A DNA stretch of 39,192 bases from a virus: positions 1 through 39,192 of IMG/VR virus record IMGVR_UViG_3300026488_000006; one strand, given 5' to 3'. A program made the translations under genes and the position numbers. The notes under the pieces were generated by a model. The model did no database searches and was not told the origin of the DNA. It saw only the letters and a list, made by a program, of their open reading frames with translations. Of the stretch, positions 17,575-27,846 are shown piece after piece. The first letter of the stretch is position 1. Each line of letters begins with the position of its first letter.

Positions 17575-18159
17575 TCACGGCAGGAACCCGGTGTACTGGC
17601 TCGGTGCCACCGGCGGTAAAGTAACCGGCTGTCTGGGCCGTTCCGGCTGTCTGATTGGCTGGTTCAGGAGCTGGATTATCGTTTCAATGCCAAATATGAC
17701 CCTAAGTGAGTCAACGAAGACCCCGATGTCGGTCACTTCGAGGATTAGCACGTCGTAGTTTACCGTAGCATCGGTGGAACCTGGGACTGCCGTAATTGTC
17801 AGCGTGCCCTTTAGGCTCAAAGGTGGCTGGGGCGTGAACTCTGCTGTGTATTTGCCGGCCGGGTCGTAGTTGGCTACGTAGGGCATGTTGCTCTTGTCAA
17901 AGTAGCCAGCGTCGTAGAGTTCCTGCGGTATGAGGGAGAACTGGAGAGACTGTCCGCTCTCTTCGGGGTCGTAGGATATGCGTAGGCCCGCATCTGCTAC
18001 ATCGGTGCTGACGCGGGCGCTTATGAGCCAACCGAACTCGCCGTTTTCACTTTCGTAAAGTTCTTTTGGGGCGTCGTCGGCGTTTAGTTTCTCGCTACCG
18101 TTCACTCTAACCCAATTCCATCCATTGAGGATGGGGAGTAACCCGAGTATGTCCACCAT
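17575..18159 (-). CDS. Hypothetical protein (about 194 aa)
   Basis: Track ORF 17575..18231; start moved to ATG at 18159, preceded by GGTGGGAGG and directly after the upstream stop. Confidence 0.5.
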   Translation of the reverse strand: MVDILGLLPILNGWNWVRVNGSEKLNADDAPKELYESENGEFGWLISARVSTDVADAGLRISYDPEESGQSLQFSLIPQELYDAGYFDKSNMPYVANYDPAGKYTAEFTPQPPLSLKGTLTITAVPGSTDATVNYDVLILEVTDIGVFVDSLRVIFGIETIIQLLNQPIRQPERPRQPVTLPPVAPSQYTGFLP

Positions 18160-18163
18160 AGTA

Positions 18164-18727
18164 TCATTCCTCCCACCAGTCAACGCGGATGCTAATCTGA
18201 TTGGCGTTTGAGCTTTTGTTGATGACTTCAAAGAGGACGCTGTGTCCCGGTGGTATCACGAAGGCTACGAGGCCCTCGTCCATACCGCCGACCGCTTTGT
18301 TGCCAGAGCCTCCAGGGATGACCTCTTCTCCCACCACAGTACCGCCGGAGTAGTTGGTCACGTCAATGATGACCTGTGCCACGCTCGTTGCAGTGGAACC
18401 GACCCGGAACGGGACGGGCTGTATCTGGGTCCCGCCTTGGAGTGTGGGGTCAATGACGTACTTAATCCACGCCTGGTCTGTCGTGCTCATCTTGGTGGTC
18501 ATGATGTGGATAGTTTTACCGCTCCCGGCCGGGTTGATGATGGTTAGGTCGGCAGTCGCTCCGCTGGAGATGTGGGGCCAAAGCTTTGAAACGAAGAACG
18601 CCTTGTCCTCGCTGGCCTTTATCTGGTACTGGGTGTAGGCGATGGTGTGGTCTGTGTCAGCTTTTGTAATCTTGGCGTTGATTTCTGCCGTGTTGGGGTC
18701 GCTCCTAAACACTCCCGTTACGGTCAC
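18164..18727 (-). CDS. Hypothetical protein (187 aa)
   Basis: ORF tiled in operon. Confidence 0.5.
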   Translation of the reverse strand: MTVTGVFRSDPNTAEINAKITKADTDHTIAYTQYQIKASEDKAFFVSKLWPHISSGATADLTIINPAGSGKTIHIMTTKMSTTDQAWIKYVIDPTLQGGTQIQPVPFRVGSTATSVAQVIIDVTNYSGGTVVGEEVIPGGSGNKAVGGMDEGLVAFVIPPGHSVLFEVINKSSNANQISIRVDWWEE

Positions 18728-18731
18728 CCCC

Positions 18732-19046
18732 TCAGATTAGTTCGTAGGTGACCGTAACGAGCACCGTACCACTTGCACTTAGGGAGCCAACGAGTTTGAA
18801 TCCCCTATCGAGGTCGTAAACGCCCCAGCACCCGTCAGCCATCTCGCTCTGGCCGGACTGGAGCACGATGGTGTCAACGTCCTTGCTGAGCGAGCCGTCC
18901 GGGCTGACTTGCTTTAAGCTGACGTTCACGGCGGACGAGCCGGTGTTGACGAACTTGACGTAGCGCACCCTGACCTTGCGGTGCTTTGGCGGGACTATAA
19001 GGTCAACTTCGGTCGTGTCGGTAAGGGTTTTGTGCACCGTCGGCAT
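18732..19046 (-). CDS. Small beta-rich hypothetical protein (104 aa)
   Basis: ORF tiled in operon. Confidence 0.5.
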   Translation of the reverse strand: MPTVHKTLTDTTEVDLIVPPKHRKVRVRYVKFVNTGSSAVNVSLKQVSPDGSLSKDVDTIVLQSGQSEMADGCWGVYDLDRGFKLVGSLSASGTVLVTVTYELI

Positions 19047-19049
19047 TCA

Positions 19050-19709
19050 TCACACCCCCGTACCCATTAGCTCGTTCCACCTCTTTGATGCGTACTCAAA
19101 TAGGTCGTCTCCAACGAGCTTTTTAAGCCACATCGGGGCCTCGTATGGCTCAAGGAAGGTGTATATCTTGCAGGCCTTCTTGCCCTCGATGAGGGAGTCA
19201 ATCTTCTTCGTGTCCCTGATGACGCGGTAGGAGTACTTGGCGATGTCGAAGCTGAGCATAGCGTAGATGTCCTGGCCACTTTGGTTGCTTATCTTAAAGC
19301 TCGGGTAGAGGTCGAGGAAGGTTATTAGCTCAGCCCTAGCGTCCGGGTCCTCGAACGGGCTTATTATGCCGTCAATCCACTTTGTCTTGCCGGGCACTGA
19401 ACGAGTGCCACGGAGGCTGTACCTGGCGACCCTTGGCGGAAAGTCGAGGTAAACCTCCGCCTCTTCTGGCGCAACGCCGACGAAGGTGTGCAGTATGAAC
19501 CTCTCGCGCTCGGGCTCAAGAACTCTATCGTTCGTCCCTGGGAAGGTTGGTTCAATCCAGTCGGTGGTCTTGCCGGCCTGAACCACGCCAACCTCGTACG
19601 GCTCGTAGCTCATTATTTCTCTACCTGTCACCCTAAAGAACACGGGGCCCTCACGGAAGGCCACCGCGAGGTAGTGTCCGGGCTTAAGGAATTCTGGCTT
19701 TTCGCGCAT
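19050..19709 (-). CDS. Hypothetical protein (about 219 aa)
   Basis: Track ORF 19050..19724; ATG at 19709 after RBS GGGAGGTGGTGA; TATA-like TTATTTATAA about 95 nt upstream on the minus strand. Confidence 0.5.
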   Translation of the reverse strand: MREKPEFLKPGHYLAVAFREGPVFFRVTGREIMSYEPYEVGVVQAGKTTDWIEPTFPGTNDRVLEPERERFILHTFVGVAPEEAEVYLDFPPRVARYSLRGTRSVPGKTKWIDGIISPFEDPDARAELITFLDLYPSFKISNQSGQDIYAMLSFDIAKYSYRVIRDTKKIDSLIEGKKACKIYTFLEPYEAPMWLKKLVGDDLFEYASKRWNELMGTGV

Positions 19710-19831
19710 TTCACCACCTCCCAAAGTTATAACTGCCGAGAACAGTGTTCCCGGCCTTCTCTCTCTTCGGCCGTCCGGTCACCTTTGCCACCTCCGTTAC
19801 GGAGTTATAAATAAGGAAAAGATGTTAGGCT

Positions 19832-20515
19832 TCAGAAGTGGGTCTTGAAGAACCTACCGCGGGCGACGGTGAATCCAAGGAGCTTCAGCTCGCCGGTGGT
19901 CGGGCTGGAGCTGTTGGCGTCCGGGCTGTGAACCTCAATCTTGTAGTAGTCCTTCGGAACAATGGGGACGCTGTTAAAGTTCCAGACGGCGACGCCGTTC
20001 CTGTTGTCCTTTATGACGGCGTTGCTAACGTCAATCGGCAGGAGCTGTCTCTGGCCGACGGCGAACCTAATGCCGTCAATCCTGGCGGTGACGTCGGTGC
20101 CGTCGTAGAAGTCAACGATACCGAAGATGAGGTATCCGGCGTCGTCGTGTGCGGTGCCCTCGGCGAGGGTCTTCCACTCGGCGTCGAAGCTGACCTTGAA
20201 CCTGTCGCCGTAGGCAGTGACGCCGGCGCCGAGGGTGCTGTTCCCGCCGTTGTCAACGAAGTGGCCTGGCCTAAGCGGGGTGAGGCCAATCTCCATGTCT
20301 GACGCAACCTGGCCACCGAACTTGGCGCCACCGAGGCTGTGCTTGACAGCCTCAACGAAGCCCCTTATCTGCCTCTTGTAAGTCTGGAGGAGCTCGTAGA
20401 TGACGCCATCCTTGGGGCCGAAGAGGTTGTCGAGCTGGGCGTTCAGCTTGGCCTCTTCCTTCGGGTCGAGTGGAAGGGTGTTAAGGTCGGTGTCAATAGA
20501 CTCGAACCTAACCAT
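19832..20515 (-). CDS. Hypothetical protein (227 aa), candidate virion protein
   Basis: RBS GGGGGTGAAGAGCA before ATG at 20515. Confidence 0.55.
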   Translation of the reverse strand: MVRFESIDTDLNTLPLDPKEEAKLNAQLDNLFGPKDGVIYELLQTYKRQIRGFVEAVKHSLGGAKFGGQVASDMEIGLTPLRPGHFVDNGGNSTLGAGVTAYGDRFKVSFDAEWKTLAEGTAHDDAGYLIFGIVDFYDGTDVTARIDGIRFAVGQRQLLPIDVSNAVIKDNRNGVAVWNFNSVPIVPKDYYKIEVHSPDANSSSPTTGELKLLGFTVARGRFFKTHF

Positions 20516-20529
20516 TGCTCTTCACCCCC

Positions 20530-20967
20530 TCAGAACAAATACTCCTCCTCTTCCTCTACTGGAGCCGGCTGGGTCTCAACCGGAGCCGGGGTGACGGCCA
20601 CGGTAATCGGCTGGGCGACGGGGGCGCTCATAGCGACCTTGTTCCAGGTGAGGCCGAGGTTGCTGGCGACCTTATCGGCGAGCTGGTCGGGCGAAACCTT
20701 GTCGTTAACCCACTCCCAGATTGGCGGGAACAGCGCACCGAAGACAGCGTAGCCCCTCCACTCGGGGTGGCCCATCTTGTCAGCGACCCAGCTCATCAGT
20801 CCGGCGCCAAGGACGTTTCCGAAGTAGCCGAGCCACTTGTTGCCGTTGCCGGCCCTCTCAAGGACGCCACCGATGACGGCGCTGGCGAGGCCGGAGACGG
20901 TCGCGTATCCGAGGCCGACGACGGTCTTCTCCGTGAAGATGTTCTTTATGTCCTCAACAAATCCCAT
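20530..20967 (-). CDS. Putative membrane protein (145 aa) with acidic C-terminal tail
   Basis: Gly/Ala-rich hydrophobic segments; C-terminus EEEEYLF. Confidence 0.55.
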   Translation of the reverse strand: MGFVEDIKNIFTEKTVVGLGYATVSGLASAVIGGVLERAGNGNKWLGYFGNVLGAGLMSWVADKMGHPEWRGYAVFGALFPPIWEWVNDKVSPDQLADKVASNLGLTWNKVAMSAPVAQPITVAVTPAPVETQPAPVEEEEEYLF

Positions 20968-21007
20968 CTCGCGTCACCTCCATCCGCTAAATAATGAGGG
21001 GTGGGCG

Positions 21008-21442
21008 TCAGAGCCCAGCGCCTCTGAAGAACTCTCCAGCCTTGTATGTGCCATACTCTTCGCCCTTCTTCGCCCTAAGCATAGCCTCAAGCTCAGCGAC
21101 GGTGTGGTAGCTCTTCTTGACCCTGCTCGGGTATTCCTCAGGCTTCATAGCGTCTGGGGCGCGGTAACCCCTCATCTCCTCGGATATCCTCCTCAGCCTC
21201 TCGGCGAGAGGCATTCCCTTGGTGGCGCTCGCAATCTTGGCGAACTCCAGCCTGGTCTCAATCTGGCCGAGGTGCGGGCTCTCGATGGTGTACGGGAGGT
21301 TCGCGAGTATAGCTCCGCTCTTCTTGACCCACCAGCGCGCACCGACGCTCTGGATGTAGAATCCCTTAGCTCCGATGTTATTCATAGGAGTTGCCTTACC
21401 GGCGAGACCGGCAACGAGGGTCTGGGGCCTTATCTTCGTCAT
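21008..21442 (-). CDS. Hypothetical protein (about 144 aa), candidate abundant structural protein
   Basis: Track ORF 21008..21532; ATG at 21442 after strong RBS GGAGGTGGTG; own TATA-like box (CATAAATATC) upstream. Confidence 0.5.
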   Translation of the reverse strand: MTKIRPQTLVAGLAGKATPMNNIGAKGFYIQSVGARWWVKKSGAILANLPYTIESPHLGQIETRLEFAKIASATKGMPLAERLRRISEEMRGYRAPDAMKPEEYPSRVKKSYHTVAELEAMLRAKKGEEYGTYKAGEFFRGAGL

Positions 21443-21649
21443 CTCAACACCACCTCCAGTGGTTCTTTTTGTTGCCGGGTTTCGGCCCCCGGTAGGGCTC
21501 CCGGTCTCGTTCTCTGTGTATGTTTTTTGCAAAAGAGATATTTATGTCTTTCGCTCCGCAAAACCCGCCCTTTGCAGAAAGCAATGTTTCGCATGTGGTT
21601 GGTCAACGGTTGAGTTTACAAATGTAAAAGAAAAGGTTGCGTGGCACAG

Positions 21650-22174
21650 TCACTCCAGCGCCCACTCAAGGATGTCGAGGAGCTTGTCGAGCTTTGTCCT
21701 CGGTCTCGCCCACCGCTTGCCCTTCAACAGCTTCACCATCGCCTGACTCTTTGTGAGCAGTTGGCCGTCAACGAGGACGGCCTTCTTACCCACGAGCCCC
21801 GGCCTGCCGAGGTATCTGCCAACGTCCACAACCTCACCACCCACGAGCTCCGCAACCTCCTCGTGGCTCAACTCTCCGGCGAGCTTTGCCAGCTTTGCCA
21901 TTTCCTCCCACGCCTTCCGCTTCGCCTCGGTCGGTGGCTTCTCCGGCGTCCGGCGGAAGTAAATGGTGTCACCCCTTTTGGCAACCACGACGGCCCTTGA
22001 GCCCTTCATAGGCTTCGCCGGCGTGCTCATAGCCTTCCGGTAGAGCCTTTCCAACCTCGCGAGCCTGTCCTGGTCGAGAGGTCCCCCATTCAGCTCCACC
22101 GCCAACGGCGACGGCTTGAGCTTTGGACGCCCTTCTTTGAGCTCGTAGGCGACCTTGGTTAGGAGTGTCTCCAT
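21650..22174 (-). CDS. Hypothetical basic protein (about 174 aa)
   Basis: Track ORF 21650..22219; ATG at 22174 after GAGGTGGTGCTT, directly after the upstream stop. Confidence 0.5.
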   Translation of the reverse strand: METLLTKVAYELKEGRPKLKPSPLAVELNGGPLDQDRLARLERLYRKAMSTPAKPMKGSRAVVVAKRGDTIYFRRTPEKPPTEAKRKAWEEMAKLAKLAGELSHEEVAELVGGEVVDVGRYLGRPGLVGKKAVLVDGQLLTKSQAMVKLLKGKRWARPRTKLDKLLDILEWALE

Positions 22175-22184
22175 AAGCACCACC

Positions 22185-22715
22185 TCAGACGCCGAAGCCG
22201 AGGAAGCCGAGCTTCTCAAGGTCGGTTAGCCGGCGCCTGTTTAGGATTTTCACGCGCCCGTTTTCCCACATCATCACGCCTTCTCTGCTGAAGACCTTTA
22301 AGACCTCCTGCGGGTCTTCGTAGCCGAGCTCCCGGATGCGCTCCATAAGCTCCTGTATGTCGTAGTCGCGCCCGCGCAGGTAATCGTAGGCTCGGTCGTA
22401 GGGCTCCGGGATTTTCGGTATCTCGGCGATGAGCTTTGCGACGGCCTTTTTCACGCCGGTCGCCACGCTCCCGTATTGCCTCTCCAGCTCCCTCGCGTGG
22501 TCGAGGGAGATGTAAACGTTGCTCAGCCGGACGGTCTTATACTTGAGCCTCCTTATCTGCGCGGGGCTGAGCTTGTACCCCCAGCGCCTTTCAATCTCGG
22601 CTTGGAGCGTCTTGTCGGTGAACTTGCTAACGACGGGCATCTTACCCCAGTTCTCCTCGACGAACTCCTCAATCTGAGCCAGCACCGGCGCCGGGATGTC
22701 CGCGAGCCTAACCAT
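22185..22715 (-). CDS. Hypothetical protein (176 aa)
   Basis: ORF directly downstream of the giant gene. Confidence 0.5.
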   Translation of the reverse strand: MVRLADIPAPVLAQIEEFVEENWGKMPVVSKFTDKTLQAEIERRWGYKLSPAQIRRLKYKTVRLSNVYISLDHARELERQYGSVATGVKKAVAKLIAEIPKIPEPYDRAYDYLRGRDYDIQELMERIRELGYEDPQEVLKVFSREGVMMWENGRVKILNRRRLTDLEKLGFLGFGV

Positions 22716-22721
22716 ACCCCA

Positions 22722-25700
22722 TCACCTCAGCTCCTTCCTCAACTCCGCAACGAACTTTTCATATATCTCGTTGAACGGCCAGGGGAATTCTGGCTCGTAG
22801 CCAAGACTCTTCAGCACCGTCGCGGGCACCACTGCGACCAAGTAGAACATCGTGGGCTCGCAAAGCCAGCCCTTCTCGTTCTCTCCGAGCTCGTCCTCAA
22901 ACTTGACCTGCACCGTGAAGTGGTTGTAGTCCGCCTTGTGGCAAATCTTTCTGTGCTTTCTGAGGAAAGCCAGCACGGCAGTACTGTAAGGCTCGCCCGC
23001 CTTAGCATTCCTCTTCAGCCATGCACGTATGAGGCTCGCAACCTTCCTATATACCTCGTGGATGCCACCCTCGACCAGAGCACCGCCCGCCTGCTCCACA
23101 GCGTATAGCGCCATCGCTTCGGCGAACGTCAGCGGGGCCCTCTTCTTCCTGTCTATGTACTCGCCGATGATGTTCTCCCCGAGCCACTTCTTGAGAAAGT
23201 CGGCATACATGCTGGCGTCCGAGTGAGTCTTGGCCTTCTCCTTAAGGTAGCGCTCAACGCCATACCACAGCATAGCTGAGAGCTCGCGCGGGTCTTCGAG
23301 GGCCCGACTGAGCCACTCCGGCACCTCGCCGAGGTACTGGTAGATGTTCTTTGGCTTCGATAGTTCTTTCCTCCGCTCGACTATCTCAGTTGCTGAAACC
23401 ACCCCACCCGAGCGCTTCTTCATCTCGACCGGGAGCTCTCGGCGCCCGACCTTTTGGTTGTACACACTTGTGGCCAACTTCGAGGCTTCGATGACGGCGC
23501 TGTCGAACGGGAGCTCGCCCTTGGCCACCATATCCGCGAGAACCCATAGGTCGCGCTCGATGTCGGGGAGCACGAAGTCGAGGTCAATGTTGCGCTTGAG
23601 TAGTCTGCGGTCGAGGCTCTTGAGTAGGCGCTCATAGGTGGCTCTAACTTCCTCTGGCACTTCCGGTGCTCTTCTTGGCTCAATCTCTTCGCTTATGGCC
23701 TCTTCTTCCGGCGTCAACTCCTTCACCTCCCTTTCGGCCCTGCGCTCGGGTTTTGCACCCAGCATTTTCTTCGCTTCCTCGACCTTCGCCTTCGGCAACG
23801 CCTTCCGCGCCTCCTTCATCACGATGGCCATCGCCCTCGGCTGGGTGAGCCTGCCTTCATAGACCTCGCGGGCGAGGCGCTCGATGAGCTCAAGCGGGGG
23901 CTCCGGCGGTCTGACATCGTGGAGCTCGAAGTAGCCTTCCCAGGTGTCGGTCAGCTTGCGCCTGATGAAGCGGAGGTCTTCCTCCTCCTGCGTCGCCATC
24001 TCGGCGACTTCTTCGAGCGGGAGCTCCGTCGCCTCGCCGTGCACCTTGACCGGGACCTCAACCTCCTCAAGCGGGGCCCCCTCTTTCTCCCCGGCAATAG
24101 TTCTCACCATGGACTCCTCCGGGATTTCGGCCTTCTGCTTCTCCTCCAGCTCGGCCTCAAGCTCCGGTAGCTCTTCCGGTGCCGGCGGTAAGTATTCCTT
24201 CGCCAGCTCGCGGACGTGGCGTGCCCATTCTTCCGGCGTCATCCCGAGGCGCCTGGCGAACTCTTCATCATTGGCCAACTGCTCGACCACTTCCTCGGCG
24301 CTGGTGGCACCGTACTGCTCCGGGTGCTCAAGGGCGTCGCGGATGTAGTCGTCAACCTGCCTCAGCAACTCGGCCCGCTCTTCCGTCTCAGTTGGCTTGA
24401 GCTTCCACCTCATAACCTCGGCTCCAGCCCTCGCGAGGAGCGCCTCCTCCTTGTTGGTCGGGAGCGTCCGGGCGTAGTGGACGAGCATATCATAGACCGT
24501 ACGGAACGGGTAGTAGTCGAGCTTCTGCCAGTCATAGTCTTCGACCTCGCTCGGGCTGATTGCGCCGAGGAGGACGAGCGTCTTGGCCACGCGCTCCGGC
24601 GTCGGCTTTAGGCCGAGGTAAAAGCCGAGCTGGGCGCGCTCTATTGAGGGCTTCGGCTTCTCCTCGCGGGCGGGCTTAGGCTCTGGCTGTGCGGACTTGG
24701 CAGTCCCCGGGACTTCTCTCGGCTTTTCCACCTTCTTCTTGCATTTTTCCACCTGTGGTGCCAGGAAGCGCTCAAAGTACGTAGTCACCAGCTCCTGTAA
24801 GTAGTTGGCTTTGACAAAGTTTAGGTGGCCGGGCTTGAGCTCGCGACGGACGACGTTGTAATACCCGCGGGCGTTGTCTGAGATGTGGCACACGCCGTTG
24901 GGGTAGTGTTTCTCGGGGTACAAAAACTCCTCACGGACGCCGAACTCGCGCTCAAGGTGGCGGGCGAAAACGTCCCTCGGAGCTGTCTTGGCGAACTCCT
25001 CGACTTGCTTCGTGAGCTCCGGCGTCACGTAGCGGACGTTGTAGTTTGGCTCATAAGACTCCGATTGTTTTGCTAATGCCTCAAGCTCAGCCTTTACTCT
25101 GTTGAGCGTCTCCCGCACGTCTTCCATCTGCTCCTTGAGCTCCTCGTCGCTCACGCGCGGGTTGCCTATCATCCTCCCAAGCACGCGCACCTTCACCTTT
25201 AGCGAGTTCTTAATGGTCGTGCTTAGCTTCCAAGGGAGCTTTTCCGGCAGGTTCTTGCGGAGCTCTTCGTATTCCTTGATTAGCTTCCTGGCCTCTTCCT
25301 CAAGCGCAAGGCGCTTTTCCGCCTCGGTGCCGGCCTTTGACTTAACGCCCAGCCCGCTCGTCAGGTAGCCGACGTATTTGCAGAAGTCCGGCATATTGGC
25401 GTCCTTCCACGTGAAGTTGGAGAGGTACTGGGCGAGGTAGAGTATCTCGCGGTCGAGCGGGTTGGCGCCGTGCCACTTGGGGATTTTTCCACGCTTTATG
25501 TCGGCACAGGCCATATCGAGCGGTATGAGCACGGCTTTGACCGGCTCGACCTTCCCGGCGTTGTAAAGCTTCCACGCCATAGCCGTGAGCGCCATGAGCT
25601 CCCTAAGCTTCTTCAGGCAGTCGTAGGGGCTCCTGCTGTCCCTACACAACTTATCGTAGTCGGTCCTCAATAGGATGAGCTTTCCGCCCGACAGGCACCA

Positions 25701-27761
25701 CCCAAGCTTTTTGCGCTCTATGAACTCACATATCTCGTCCGCCGAGACCTCCGCACCCATCCTGGCCAGCCTGCTCACCAGCCCCGGTAGCGTGTCCCAG
25801 ATTGAGAAGACCGTTGGGCTCTTGTTTAGCTTCTCGTCAATTATCTTCATTAATTCCTCGCGCCAGTCCACCTTTTTCGGACTCAGCCTCTCCAGAACTT
25901 CCTTTGTGAGCTCACGGGCGAGTGAGTGGACGCAGGGAACGTACTTACGCGGGTCTTTTCCACGACCAACCTCACAAACCCCGTCGAGCTCGATGGTCTC
26001 GCCGTTCACCCTTGCGCTCAACGTGATGTAGGCGCCGTGTAACTGCCCCAACCTCATCGTCAGCTCGAAGTCGCCCACCGCCGTCTTGACGAGCCACGTT
26101 TTTTCAGCCTGCGTGTCGCTGTTCCATTCCTTGACTGCCTTCCAGTCCAACGGGGGCTTCCCGGTCTCGTGGAGCACTACCTCGTACACCCCGTCGTAAA
26201 GCGCCTTCCGAGCATTCTTCCATACCTCGTTCCAGGGCTCCTTGAGCTCCGGCGGGTTAAGGCGGACTTCGCCGAACTTCTTTGAGAGGCCGGGAACGTT
26301 CATAGTGCGCTCGATGATTTCGAGGGCGTCGGCGATGGCGTTATCAGTCAGCTTCCTTACCCACGCCTTCCGCTTCGGCGACCAGCGGAACCCGTGCGCC
26401 TTGAGCTCGCGCCTAACCTCTGCCGGCGGGGCGCTCGTAAAGACCACCCAGAGCCTATCGTCGGCGTGGTTAGCAATGATTTTCCAGCCGTCACCCTTGG
26501 CCAACACCTGAACACCGCTTGTCGTGCCCTTGGCCTGCGCTTCTTTTTTCTCTAACTCCTCAATACGGGCCTTGAGGCGCTTTATTTTTTCACCAACACG
26601 GCGGAGCTCAAAGTCGGGGAAACCAATCCTGCCCAGCTCGTCCGGCTCCGGCCAAAAGAAGAAGTGGCCGGCCTCTGCAACTTTAAATGCGCCAATCTCT
26701 TTAAGCTTCCTCTCCTTCTCTTCGGGCGTGAGCTTCTTTGAGCGGATGATTTTGTTCGCTTCCTTCATTATCTCACGGCGCTTTTCGAGTATCGCCAACT
26801 CTTCCTTTAACCTCTCCAGTTCGCCAACGGCCTTTTTGTTCACGGCGCCCTGCTTCAGAGCTTCCTGCTCCTTCTTCAGCTCCTCTGCCAATTTATCAAG
26901 CTTCTTAAAGGCGTTCTTGATGAACTCGTCGAGCGCTGACAGCTTCCTATGTTCAGTCCGCCAGAGCTTTTCGAGCCGGTCTTGGCTCGGCATCCTCGCC
27001 GGCCCAACCACGTGGGCGCTCGGAATTCTCGCCCTCGTCGTTAAGTAGTCCTCATAAAGCTCAATGTAGCGCTTCGAAAAGTTTTGTATCAACCTCTTCG
27101 CCCGTTCGGGGCCGATGAGCGGGCAGAGCTTCTGCACCTTCTCAGCGTAGCGGTTCAGAGTGCGGAGGTAAGAGAGCTGGTCATACTCCGCGTCTTTCTC
27201 CGGGGTCCACGAATTAATAGAATACGCGCCCTTCGCCCGCTCAAACGGGAACGGTGTAACTTTGACGGGGATTATATCAGCCTTCCCGCCATAGTAACAC
27301 TCGATTTCAAGCGTCCAATTGTCCTGAATAAACGGGCCCCGTTCCCGCTTCGCCCTAACAACTGTCAAGATTTTATCAACGGGGCGCTCAAGCTCTTCTA
27401 CAAGAGAGTTCAATTGCGGGAGCTCGGATTTAAGCCTCTCAATAGCACCCTTGAGCTTCTCAACGTCTTCTGGTGTGAATTTATAGCGCCCAATGTCGGC
27501 CTCTCTCATTAAGTCGCGGTAGCGGTCAATGAGCTTATTCACGGCCACCCAGTCCCTCCACAGCCTCAAGAACTCCTCAACGCGCTCTTTCATCCCGGGC
27601 GGGAACTCCTCGCCGGCCTGTCTAATCTCATCTATATGTTCCTTGAGCCATAGGGCGCGGACGTAGTTCTTCATATCCTTTGTTCCCGAGAACCACCCGT
27701 TTTCGGCCCGGATGTCGTTAAACTCCCAGATGAGCTTTTGGACTTCATCGTACAGGTTCAC
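22722..27761 (-). CDS. Giant multidomain protein (1,679 aa) of unknown function
   Basis: Uninterrupted 5 kb ORF; GTG start at 27761 after RBS GGGGGTGGTGGC; coiled-coil-like and highly acidic/basic segments; no Walker A, no polymerase or primase motif that I could confirm. Confidence 0.7.
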   Translation of the reverse strand: MNLYDEVQKLIWEFNDIRAENGWFSGTKDMKNYVRALWLKEHIDEIRQAGEEFPPGMKERVEEFLRLWRDWVAVNKLIDRYRDLMREADIGRYKFTPEDVEKLKGAIERLKSELPQLNSLVEELERPVDKILTVVRAKRERGPFIQDNWTLEIECYYGGKADIIPVKVTPFPFERAKGAYSINSWTPEKDAEYDQLSYLRTLNRYAEKVQKLCPLIGPERAKRLIQNFSKRYIELYEDYLTTRARIPSAHVVGPARMPSQDRLEKLWRTEHRKLSALDEFIKNAFKKLDKLAEELKKEQEALKQGAVNKKAVGELERLKEELAILEKRREIMKEANKIIRSKKLTPEEKERKLKEIGAFKVAEAGHFFFWPEPDELGRIGFPDFELRRVGEKIKRLKARIEELEKKEAQAKGTTSGVQVLAKGDGWKIIANHADDRLWVVFTSAPPAEVRRELKAHGFRWSPKRKAWVRKLTDNAIADALEIIERTMNVPGLSKKFGEVRLNPPELKEPWNEVWKNARKALYDGVYEVVLHETGKPPLDWKAVKEWNSDTQAEKTWLVKTAVGDFELTMRLGQLHGAYITLSARVNGETIELDGVCEVGRGKDPRKYVPCVHSLARELTKEVLERLSPKKVDWREELMKIIDEKLNKSPTVFSIWDTLPGLVSRLARMGAEVSADEICEFIERKKLGWCLSGGKLILLRTDYDKLCRDSRSPYDCLKKLRELMALTAMAWKLYNAGKVEPVKAVLIPLDMACADIKRGKIPKWHGANPLDREILYLAQYLSNFTWKDANMPDFCKYVGYLTSGLGVKSKAGTEAEKRLALEEEARKLIKEYEELRKNLPEKLPWKLSTTIKNSLKVKVRVLGRMIGNPRVSDEELKEQMEDVRETLNRVKAELEALAKQSESYEPNYNVRYVTPELTKQVEEFAKTAPRDVFARHLEREFGVREEFLYPEKHYPNGVCHISDNARGYYNVVRRELKPGHLNFVKANYLQELVTTYFERFLAPQVEKCKKKVEKPREVPGTAKSAQPEPKPAREEKPKPSIERAQLGFYLGLKPTPERVAKTLVLLGAISPSEVEDYDWQKLDYYPFRTVYDMLVHYARTLPTNKEEALLARAGAEVMRWKLKPTETEERAELLRQVDDYIRDALEHPEQYGATSAEEVVEQLANDEEFARRLGMTPEEWARHVRELAKEYLPPAPEELPELEAELEEKQKAEIPEESMVRTIAGEKEGAPLEEVEVPVKVHGEATELPLEEVAEMATQEEEDLRFIRRKLTDTWEGYFELHDVRPPEPPLELIERLAREVYEGRLTQPRAMAIVMKEARKALPKAKVEEAKKMLGAKPERRAEREVKELTPEEEAISEEIEPRRAPEVPEEVRATYERLLKSLDRRLLKRNIDLDFVLPDIERDLWVLADMVAKGELPFDSAVIEASKLATSVYNQKVGRRELPVEMKKRSGGVVSATEIVERRKELSKPKNIYQYLGEVPEWLSRALEDPRELSAMLWYGVERYLKEKAKTHSDASMYADFLKKWLGENIIGEYIDRKKRAPLTFAEAMALYAVEQAGGALVEGGIHEVYRKVASLIRAWLKRNAKAGEPYSTAVLAFLRKHRKICHKADYNHFTVQVKFEDELGENEKGWLCEPTMFYLVAVVPATVLKSLGYEPEFPWPFNEIYEKFVAELRKELR

Positions 27762-27846
27762 GCCACCACCCCCTACTCGACCGCTCCCCGATGTTCGTAG
27801 TTAGGCGCTCGAAGTATAAACCATTTTCGCCGGAGCCACCGAGAAA

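Noticed and set aside
20837-21613. Plus-strand ORF (258 aa) across the 20530..21442 genes
   Set aside because: Antisense to tiled minus-strand genes, with a Pro/Arg/Leu-rich translation; considered a GC-driven open frame.
22722-27761. Assigning the giant protein as a primase-polymerase or helicase
   Set aside because: I could only find an isolated IDLD and a GGIHE segment, not a coherent AEP primase motif set; no Walker A or family B polymerase motifs; left as unknown.
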